The notes under the pieces are model-generated. The model saw nothing but the letters and a program-made list of their open reading frames with translations, was not told the DNA's origin and made no database searches. Position numbers and translations under genes: made by a program. 64,000 nt of DNA from an uncultured bacterium (GTDB lineage: Bacteria; Patescibacteriota; Minisyncoccia; Phycocordibacterales; PALSA-1337), in the NCBI GenBank assembly GCA_963851055.1, contig CAWKMY010000006.1, positions 142,965-206,964 of the forward strand. Direction: 5' to 3'. Positions 36,157 through 43,193 of this stretch are shown here, piece by piece. Numbering within the stretch: the first letter of the stretch is position 1; each line of letters opens with the position of its first letter.

Positions 36157-36579
36157 ATGGCCAAAAAAGTAATCAAAAAAGTAAAAGTTATAGCCCCAGC
36201 CGGCAAGGCCACTCCAGCGCCTCCACTCGGTCCTACTTCGGTCAGGCTGGCGTCAATATCGGCGATTTCACCAAGAAATTTAATGAGGCTACAAAGGGCA
36301 TGATGGGAGACATGATACCTGTCGTCATCTCTGTGTACGAAGATCGTTCTTATGATTTCGTCCTCAAGACTCCACCTACTTCCAGTTTGATTTTGAAGGT
36401 TTTGAAGAAAGAGAAGGGTTCGGGTAAGCCGAACCTCGAGAAGATCGGTACTCTCACAAAGGCTCAGTTAAAAGAGATTGCTGAAAAGAAGATGCCTGAT
36501 CTCAATGCGGGAAATGTAGAAGCTGCTATGAAAGGTTGTAGCGGGTACTGCTAGTCAGATGGGAGTGGATGTGAAGTAG
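36157..36579 (+). CDS. rplK: 50S ribosomal protein L11, interrupted by two frame breaks (near 36229-36240 and 36531-36536)
   Basis: [27 protein letters not shown] is in one frame. [37 protein letters not shown]...AAMK is in a second. [14 protein letters not shown] returns to the first. Confidence 0.8.
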
Positions 36580-36586
36580 AGGCTTC

Positions 36587-36700
36587 GAAAAACATCACTC
36601 TCGAGGAAACGTTCGGAGGTCTGCAGACCTCCTCACTCGGTTCTCGACGATTTCCTTGCTAGGAAATCGCCTGCGAATGTTCCTCGATAGTATGTTTTTC
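36587..36700. repeat. Compound palindromic element, copy A (long outer stem enclosing two hairpins)
   Basis: The outer arms are GAAAAACATCACTCTCGAGGAAACGTTCG and CGAATGTTCCTCGATAGTATGTTTTTC. Inner hairpins are GGAGGTC-TGCA-GACCTCC and CGATTTCC-TTGCTA-GGAAATCG. It lies between convergent genes. Confidence 0.6.
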
Positions 36701-36708
36701 TTCACCCA

Positions 36709-37224
36709 TCATTTCACCGGAAGATCCACTTCATATTCCAAGAGTAATGCACCATCCTCCGATTTGGTTGAATCAATAAGTTTCAATTTGTAGTTCAAAC
36801 TTTCCTTGAAAAGCCTTATCCCATCACCGAATATTACCGGTTCAACAGTCAAATAAAGCTTATTTACCAAGCCTGATTTCATGAACATGGTATAGACCAT
36901 AGAGCCGCCGCAGATGGCGACTTCTTTGAAACCACGACTCTCTATCTCGGCTAATAATTCGGATGGACTTTTCGTAGTGGTCTCCACACTCTCTGGCATG
37001 TCAGCCAGCCTCTCCGGTGAATAGACGATATTCACGCGATCCTTCAAAGCCCTCCCGCCGAAGGTCTTCCATGTATTCTGGCCCATGACTACTACACCGG
37101 CGCGCTTGGATATCTCCACGAAACGCTTTTTATCAGCTTTACTGGTCCACGCCGTTGACGGCGCGGATGAGTCGCGAGCTATGTAACCATCTGCGGACAG
37201 AGCGGCGATGATGAAACATTGCAT
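36709..37224 (-). CDS. Dihydrofolate reductase family protein (RibD C-terminal-like)
   Basis: FIIAALSADGYIA..., VVVMGQNTWKTF, VNIVYS, ICGGSMVY pattern. Confidence 0.7.
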   Translation of the reverse strand: MQCFIIAALSADGYIARDSSAPSTAWTSKADKKRFVEISKRAGVVVMGQNTWKTFGGRALKDRVNIVYSPERLADMPESVETTTKSPSELLAEIESRGFKEVAICGGSMVYTMFMKSGLVNKLYLTVEPVIFGDGIRLFKESLNYKLKLIDSTKSEDGALLLEYEVDLPVK

Positions 37225-37258
37225 GGTATTGAAAGATTAAAAATTGAAGATTGAAAGA

Positions 37259-37891
37259 TCACTGCACGGGAAATTTTTCCTTGAGAGTCTTCATGTCTCC
37301 CGCGGCGATGAGATCGGCTTCTTCGCGCTTTTCCATGATGACGCCCTCGATGATGTCTTTCTGGTGATACTTGCTCTCTCGAGGTGTGACCTCGGTTTTG
37401 AGCTCTTCGAAAGCCACTTGGCAGAGGCGCTCGCCGGGATATAGGCGTATGGCCTGTGAACGAGTGTTATTACGGATAGGTAAGACTAGTTGACCGTCAT
37501 AGCCAGCGTCGATAAGGCCTGTTAGATCCAATGATAGACCCTTACGATTAGTTGATGAACGAGGATAGAGGACGCCCATTAGGTCGGTCGGCATTTTCAG
37601 TGATTCCAAAGTGGACACTAGGATGTATTCCCCAGGCAAAAGCTCGAAATATTGGCCTTGTTCTAGCTCTATGACTTCAAAATATTCGTTGTTGCGCTTG
37701 TCAAAATGAGTTATATCCAAAGATTCGCGGCCTTTCGGCGTCATATGCCACATCTTGGGTATCATGAAGGTGTAGCCGAGGCGCAAGTCTACCGAATGGG
37801 CTTGAAGCTGGAAGATGTCTAGTCCCGGCTTGAAGGAAAGCTTTCCTGATTTCACACGGTCGACGATTTCTTTCTTGGTGAGGATGGACAT
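37259..37891 (-). CDS. dcd: dCTP deaminase
   Basis: SVDLRLG, GLIDAGYDGQLVLPIRNN, and LYPGERLCQVAF. Confidence 0.8.
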   Translation of the reverse strand: MSILTKKEIVDRVKSGKLSFKPGLDIFQLQAHSVDLRLGYTFMIPKMWHMTPKGRESLDITHFDKRNNEYFEVIELEQGQYFELLPGEYILVSTLESLKMPTDLMGVLYPRSSTNRKGLSLDLTGLIDAGYDGQLVLPIRNNTRSQAIRLYPGERLCQVAFEELKTEVTPRESKYHQKDIIEGVIMEKREEADLIAAGDMKTLKEKFPVQ

Positions 37892-37921
37892 GGGGGGAAT
37901 TATAGACCAAAAGCCTAATGA

Positions 37922-38782
37922 TTAATAGGGGACGATTTTGATTCCGGTAATATGGTCAGATGGATGATATTGCGCAGTCAAATTTTCTATGATTGCATCT
38001 ACCACGGTGCGATTTCTCTTCTCTATTTCTTTAAGAGAATTGTCCGGAAGCTTCAGAACTATTTTTTCGTGGTCATTTTTTCTTTTCATCAGCTCTTTGG
38101 CTCCATCGAAATGAGAATCATATATGTGCGCATTGGAAATAGAATGGCTATATACTCCGGGCCTGACCCCGAGCTCTTGAGCCAGGAGACATTGCAGCAA
38201 TGCGAAACCCATCACATCGAATGGAACTCCGAGGATGGCGTCATTCGATCGCACGATATTATGCAGATGCAGTCTGCCGCCGATGATATTTACTGTGAAT
38301 GTATATGGACAGGGCACATTTTTCCTTTTTACCAGGGAAAGGCCGTCTTGAGCCGGATCCCAGGTCACAACTACTCCATGTCTTGAGCCGGGCTCATTTT
38401 TCAGAAGGTCTATCAAAAGACCGAGCTGATCACGCCCAAAATGCTTGCGCCAACGGTATCCATAGGCCACAGTGACTACGTCTCCCGGGTTGGTGAATGC
38501 GTCCCAGATCTTTGTATACTCTCTCAAGAAGTCTTCTGGCTTCCTCGATCCCATTATGAACCATGCTTGTTCTGCCACTGGGGCCTTGATAGGTATCTTT
38601 CGCAAAGTCAGGATAGGAAAACCATCCTTCTCTATGTCGGTAGAGAAATGCATTCCCGGTATGGCCCTGGTTATGTATGTTGCTCGCTCGCTTCCAGCTT
38701 GTTTGCTCTTGTTCACCTCATCTTCTCCTTCGGTCATGATCCGTTTGATCATGTTCTGGTATATTTCGTCAAACTTGGTCAT
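37922..38782 (-). CDS. thyA: Thymidylate synthase ThyA-family protein
   Basis: ThyA-family blocks are present: GYRWR, the catalytic-Cys region NVPCPYTF, and RSNDAILGVPFDVMGFALLQ. Substrate specificity cannot be judged by eye. Confidence 0.75.
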   Translation of the reverse strand: MTKFDEIYQNMIKRIMTEGEDEVNKSKQAGSERATYITRAIPGMHFSTDIEKDGFPILTLRKIPIKAPVAEQAWFIMGSRKPEDFLREYTKIWDAFTNPGDVVTVAYGYRWRKHFGRDQLGLLIDLLKNEPGSRHGVVVTWDPAQDGLSLVKRKNVPCPYTFTVNIIGGRLHLHNIVRSNDAILGVPFDVMGFALLQCLLAQELGVRPGVYSHSISNAHIYDSHFDGAKELMKRKNDHEKIVLKLPDNSLKEIEKRNRTVVDAIIENLTAQYHPSDHITGIKIVPY

Positions 38783-38819
38783 AAGGGTTTAATTATATAT
38801 AATTGCTAGCACATTTCCT

Positions 38820-39296
38820 ATGACCCACAACTACCCATACTTGCCTGAAGGAAAGTCCATCGGATATGTTCCGGTGGACAATCAATTTATGCGTGAGGCA
38901 AAGAGGTTGCGCGATGAGGAGTCGACAGAAAGAAATCATCCAACCGGCGCGGTTGTTGTATATGGTAATGAAATTATCGGCAGGGGAATGAATAGAGCGC
39001 CGATCAAAAACAAAAGATTGCAGGACATGCACAAGAATGGTTTGTGCATCCGCAGATTATTGAAAGTACCCTCCGGCCAGAAATACTGGTTATGCCCTGG
39101 TTGTGCAAAAAGCAAGTTTCATGCTGAAACGTCCGCTACCAAAAACGCCTTGAAAAATAAGGCTGAAATCAAAGGAGCCGACCTTTATCTCTATGGCCAT
39201 TGGTGGTGTTGCAAGCCTTGCTGGGACTCCATGATCGTCGCCGGTATCGATAAGGTATACTTGGTCGAAGGGGCCACAGAGCTATTCAAGAGATAA
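38820..39296 (+). CDS. Deoxycytidylate (dCMP) deaminase
   Basis: Zinc-binding HAE (FHAETSA) and PCxxC-type (CCKPCWDSM) motifs of the cytidine/deoxycytidylate deaminase family. Confidence 0.75.
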   Translation: MTHNYPYLPEGKSIGYVPVDNQFMREAKRLRDEESTERNHPTGAVVVYGNEIIGRGMNRAPIKNKRLQDMHKNGLCIRRLLKVPSGQKYWLCPGCAKSKFHAETSATKNALKNKAEIKGADLYLYGHWWCCKPCWDSMIVAGIDKVYLVEGATELFKR

Positions 39297-39299
39297 AAC

Positions 39300-39893
39300 G
39301 TGAAAAAATCACTCAAACTCATAATTGGCGTAGATTTCGATGATGTTATTTTTGATTTCAACAACGCTCTTCACTCTTATCACAACAAGAAGCATGGTTT
39401 TTCAGTCGCTCGGGAAGATATAACCACTTATCAGCTCGAGGAAGTCTGGGATTGTACTTCGGAAGAAGTGGGTAAGAGGTTGACTGAATTTTTCTTGACA
39501 CCAGACCATGACGCAACCATTCCAGTTCCCGGCGCTACAGAAGCCATCGCTTCGCTAAGCAAGGAGAACGAGCTCCATATAATAAGCTCTCGCGCAGATC
39601 GAATCGCCGACCTGACACATCATTGGATTGACAGCAACTTTCCCATGCATTTCAAATCAGTCAATTTTACGAATCAATCGCTTGGAGCGCCCGGGAAAGC
39701 CCGTTCTAAGGCCGATGTATGCAGAGAGTTAAAAATTGACGTGATGATCGAAGATTCTCTATCCCAAGCCAAAGAGATTGCCACGGTTGTCTCAAGAGTA
39801 TTCCTCCTCGATTGCCCGTGGAATCAAGGAGAATTACCGAAGAATATCGTGCGCGTCAAGTCTTGGAGTGACATAATGAAACAACTCAAATGA
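39300..39893 (+). CDS. HAD-family 5'(3')-deoxyribonucleotidase-like protein (GTG start)
   Basis: The N-terminal DxDxV motif (IGVDFDDVIFDF) and an NT5C-like layout. Confidence 0.6.
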   Translation: MKKSLKLIIGVDFDDVIFDFNNALHSYHNKKHGFSVAREDITTYQLEEVWDCTSEEVGKRLTEFFLTPDHDATIPVPGATEAIASLSKENELHIISSRADRIADLTHHWIDSNFPMHFKSVNFTNQSLGAPGKARSKADVCRELKIDVMIEDSLSQAKEIATVVSRVFLLDCPWNQGELPKNIVRVKSWSDIMKQLK

Positions 39894-40312
39894 AACTCAA
39901 GATCCTCAAACTGAATCCTCAAGCAAAATTGCCGTCCTACGCCCATCCTGGCGATATCGGCATGGATATGTATTCACTAGAAGATAAAATGCTCAAGCCG
40001 GGAGAGCGCCACATCTTCTTTGTTGGTTTTGCTCTGGAATTTCCGGAAGGATATGGAGCTATTGTCAAAGACAAGGGAAGTCTGCCGAAAAATGCCGGCA
40101 TACACACCATGGGTGGAGTCTATGATACCGGTTATCGCGGCGAATACAATGTGAACCTCATCAACCTTGGCAAAGAACCGTATCAGATCCATATTGGCGA
40201 TAAGATAGCTCAGCTCCTAATCATTCCCGTTGAGATAGCACAGTTTGAAGAGGTCAAGAAACTTTCAGAGACGTCCAGAGGTCATGGTAGGTTCGGTAGC
40301 ACTGGCAGATAA
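39890..40312 (+). CDS. dut: dUTP diphosphatase
   Basis: dUTPase motifs AHPGDIGMD, GVYDTGYRGE, and RGHGRFGSTG. Confidence 0.9.
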   Translation: MKLKILKLNPQAKLPSYAHPGDIGMDMYSLEDKMLKPGERHIFFVGFALEFPEGYGAIVKDKGSLPKNAGIHTMGGVYDTGYRGEYNVNLINLGKEPYQIHIGDKIAQLLIIPVEIAQFEEVKKLSETSRGHGRFGSTGR

Positions 40313-40338
40313 TTTCTTGCAAGTCTAAATAAATTTAT

Positions 40339-41013
40339 ATGTCAAAGCCAAAATCACAATCAAACAAACCCAAATTCATAGTCATCGAAGGTGGTGAAGG
40401 ATCTGGTAAGTCTACCCTCATGATAGCCCTCAAAGAGCTCATGGGAGAAGCTATAATGACGACGCGTGAGCCAGGGGGCTCGCCGTATGCCGAGGTTATT
40501 CGTGAAGCCACTTTGAAGAACCCTTTGGCCAAGACAGCGCCTGCGGAAACTACTCTCTGTCTGATGTTCGCCGCCCGCTTCGATAATACCCAAAATTCCA
40601 TTTTGCCGGCTATCAAAAAAGGCCTGCCAGTAATAGCCGACCGCTTCGACGGCTCATCCTATGCCTACCAGATATGCGCCCAGTCCAATGGCCAACTGGA
40701 AGATATTTTTTGGTCTCTGCGTGGACGCTTGGCTATAATTCCGGATCTGTATATATTCGTAGATGTCACTCCGGAGGAAGGAGTTCGTCGAGCCAATAGG
40801 CGCAATCAATCATTGCTCAAAGGAAAACAGTACGATCATTTCGACGACAGGGAGATTGCATTTCATAAAAAGGTCAGAGACGGATATTTGATATTTTTCG
40901 AGAAAATCAAAGCCATGGGCACGCCGTATGTCGTCATAAATGCCAATAAGTCGCTTGAAGAGGTGAAGAAAGACTTTATCGGAGAGGTAAAGAAACAATT
41001 GGACATTTTGTAG
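40339..41013 (+). CDS. tmk: Thymidylate kinase
   Basis: P-loop FIVIEGGEGSGKST, the DRF motif (IADRFDGSSYAYQ) and a LID region. Confidence 0.9.
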   Translation: MSKPKSQSNKPKFIVIEGGEGSGKSTLMIALKELMGEAIMTTREPGGSPYAEVIREATLKNPLAKTAPAETTLCLMFAARFDNTQNSILPAIKKGLPVIADRFDGSSYAYQICAQSNGQLEDIFWSLRGRLAIIPDLYIFVDVTPEEGVRRANRRNQSLLKGKQYDHFDDREIAFHKKVRDGYLIFFEKIKAMGTPYVVINANKSLEEVKKDFIGEVKKQLDIL

Positions 41014-41014
41014 A

Positions 41015-41045
41015 AGTGGATAAGCCGTGGATAGACTGTGGACAA
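41015..41045 (+). promoter_or_regulatory. Three direct DnaA-box-like 9-mers phased at exactly 11 bp
   Basis: The three 9-mers are AGTGGATAA (41015), CGTGGATAG (41026) and TGTGGACAA (41037). Against TGTGGATAA they match at 8/9, 7/9 and 8/9. Confidence 0.45.
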
Positions 41046-41525
41046 CCCATTGACAATATTTTCAATAGGAGTAGTCTGCTCTCCGGACCGGGGGCCTAAC
41101 ACGTCACCTGGAACGCACAGTATCATGAGGGCACGAGACGCTCCGTTTACGAGTTAGTCTTTCTAAGCTCTCTACAGTATGTAGAGCACAAGGAACCCTT
41201 CTCCAGGGTTGTCGGTGGCAGGTTGATTGACGACCAGTCTGAAGAACCCAAGCGCGATGCTCACCCCCAAAAATAATTAATTGTCGTCGGGTTTACACTC
41301 GCGACGTATACATTAAGGGTGCTGGTTCAGAGTAAGCTGTTCAACGAGATCCTCCCATCTACCAAACGGGACACTGGCGCTTTGAAAAGGATTTGAAAAG
41401 GATGAGACTTAAACCATTTCAACTGGTCTTTTCCCGAGTATTATCTCAAGTATTTGCCGCCAGGTCCCCAATTTATGTTCGCGTGAGCCCCCTTGGTTCC
41501 TCCAGGATCTCACGTGAACGTTCTG

Positions 41526-41561
41526 CCCCCATCCGCAGTCGGATGGGGGTGCTTCATTTTT
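41526..41561 (+). terminator. Rho-independent terminator at the end of the 0.58-kb non-coding region
   Basis: CCCCCATCCG-CAGT-CGGATGGGGG (10-bp stem) followed by TGCTTCATTTTT. Confidence 0.65.
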
Positions 41562-41562
41562 A

Positions 41563-41571
41563 TGCTACAAT
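41563..41571 (+). promoter_or_regulatory. Extended -10 promoter element TGCTACAAT upstream of glyA
   Basis: TGnTAnAAT lies 24 nt before the glyA ATG. The identical 9-mer precedes argS. Confidence 0.4.
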
Positions 41572-41595
41572 TATTTTTGTTGCTAATACTATTTT

Positions 41596-42810
41596 ATGAA
41601 AGACACTCAAGTAAAGAAGCTTATAGATGCCGAAAAGAAACGCCAAAAGAAGGTGATAAATCTTATCGCTTCGGAGAATTATGTCTCAAATGATGTTCTC
41701 GAAGCTCTTGGATCCGAATTGACCAACAAATACGCCGAGGGTTATCCAGGCAAGCGCTATTACGGCGGCAATGAGATAGTGGACAAGATAGAGAACCTTT
41801 GTAAAGAGCGCGCTTTGGCATTATTCAAGCTTGACCCGAAAGAATGGCATGTAAATGTCCAACCGCTTTCCGGTTCGCCGGCAAATCTGGCTGTTTACAC
41901 GGCACTTTTGCCGTTGCCAAAAGATGGCGCTGCTCCGGCCAAGATCATGGGCATGTCACTGGACCATGGAGGTCATCTCACTCATGGCCACAAGGTTTCG
42001 GCTACAGGAAAATTCTGGCAACAAATACCTTACGGTCTCGACGCCACGACCGAAGTCATTAATTATGATCAACTTCGCGAATTGGCTTTGAAGGAGAAGC
42101 CGGCAATTATTGTTTCAGGTTACACAGCGTATCCACGCATCATAGACTGGGCCAAAATGCGCGAGATTGCCGAAGGTGCCAATGCATTACTCATGGTGGA
42201 CATGTCACACATAGCCGGTCTAGTCGCCGGAGAAGTTTATCCGTCACCTTTTCCGTATGCTGATATCGTCACCACAACTACTCACAAAACTCTGCGCGGT
42301 CCGCGTTCAGCTCTTATTTTTGTGAAAAAAGATTCACGCGAGCTCGACAAGAAGATAGATAAGGCAGTTTTTCCGGGGCTTCAAGGGGGCCCGCATGAAA
42401 ATCAGATCGCGGCTGTGGCTGTTGCATTGAAGGAGGCGGCTACTCCGGCTTTCAAGAAATATGCGGAGCAAGTAGTCAAGAATGCCGCGGTTTTAGCTGC
42501 CGAGCTTCATGATCGTGGTTGGAGGCTCATAAGCGGTGGCACTGATTCGCATCTCATCCTCATAGACACTTGGAATGATGGCAAGAAAAATGAAAAAGGT
42601 GCGGGGGGCATATCTGGTAAAGAAGCCGGGGATAGGTTAGAAAAAGTCGGCATTATCGTCAATAAGAATGCGATACCGTTCGACACTCGCCCGCCAGCTG
42701 ATCCGTCAGGTATTCGTTTAGGCACTGCCGCGGAGACGACTAGAGGCAGGAAAGAAAAAGATTTCAAGGCTATAGCAAAGAAAATAGATGAGGTATTGAG
42801 GGGGAAGTAG
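41596..42810 (+). CDS. glyA: Serine hydroxymethyltransferase
   Basis: Full-length SHMT, including the PLP-lysine region TTTTHKTLRGPR. Confidence 0.95.
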   Translation: MKDTQVKKLIDAEKKRQKKVINLIASENYVSNDVLEALGSELTNKYAEGYPGKRYYGGNEIVDKIENLCKERALALFKLDPKEWHVNVQPLSGSPANLAVYTALLPLPKDGAAPAKIMGMSLDHGGHLTHGHKVSATGKFWQQIPYGLDATTEVINYDQLRELALKEKPAIIVSGYTAYPRIIDWAKMREIAEGANALLMVDMSHIAGLVAGEVYPSPFPYADIVTTTTHKTLRGPRSALIFVKKDSRELDKKIDKAVFPGLQGGPHENQIAAVAVALKEAATPAFKKYAEQVVKNAAVLAAELHDRGWRLISGGTDSHLILIDTWNDGKKNEKGAGGISGKEAGDRLEKVGIIVNKNAIPFDTRPPADPSGIRLGTAAETTRGRKEKDFKAIAKKIDEVLRGK

Positions 42811-42854
42811 TTAGCAAGAGTTGATTGTTTTAAAAGGTATTTCTTAAAAGAGGA

Positions 42855-42885
42855 AAAGCGCGGATCCGAGTGGGATTCGCGCTTT
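42855..42885 (+). terminator. Stem-loop after glyA (possible terminator)
   Basis: AAAGCGCGGATCC / GGATTCGCGCTTT forms a 13-bp stem including one G-U pair. The U-tract is short. Confidence 0.4.
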
Positions 42886-43178
42886 GAAATTGAACGACCT
42901 TATCCATCTAAATTGGTTGAGGAATGAGTGATGGACAAGGTAGAGACATGATGGGGTGATCTTGGTTATATCGCGCGGCGGCGTTATAAGTGCTTCTGGG
43001 GCAAATGATCAAGCCATTGCAGGGAGAAAACTCCGTGCACATGCAAGGAAGGACTATCCATTTTTATCTAGCAACAGTCCTCGTTGTCTCTTTTATTTAG
43101 TTTGACCTTGCTACATCCGGCCTGCATCCTAATGCATTTTTTTCTGATTGTCAAATCAAGGCGCTGTAAGGCGCTTTT

Positions 43179-43187
43179 TGCTACAAT
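43179..43187 (+). promoter_or_regulatory. Extended -10 promoter element TGCTACAAT, 6 nt before the argS ATG (leaderless-type)
   Basis: The same 9-mer as upstream of glyA. The spacing implies a transcription start at or next to the start codon. Confidence 0.4.
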
Positions 43188-43193
43188 AACTCT

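Noticed and set aside
41080-41561. tmRNA, RNase P RNA or SRP RNA as the identity of the 0.5-kb non-coding locus.
   Set aside because: I found none of the defining features. There is no tRNA-like T-arm (GGTTCGA-type) before a 3' acceptor strand and no plausible tag ORF ending in hydrophobic residues. The RNase P GAGGAAAGTCC and ACAGAA-CCGGCTTA blocks are absent, and the SRP GGAAGCAGC loop is absent. A computational Rfam scan is still needed.
41014-43193. A bipartite chromosomal origin (oriC) flanking glyA, suggested by the DnaA-box-like repeats on both sides.
   Set aside because: No dnaA or dnaN is nearby and there is no gene-orientation switch; genes are on the plus strand from 38.8 to 60.5 kb. 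Only five degenerate boxes are present. It is kept as a minor alternative under the DnaA-box finding, pending GC-skew analysis.
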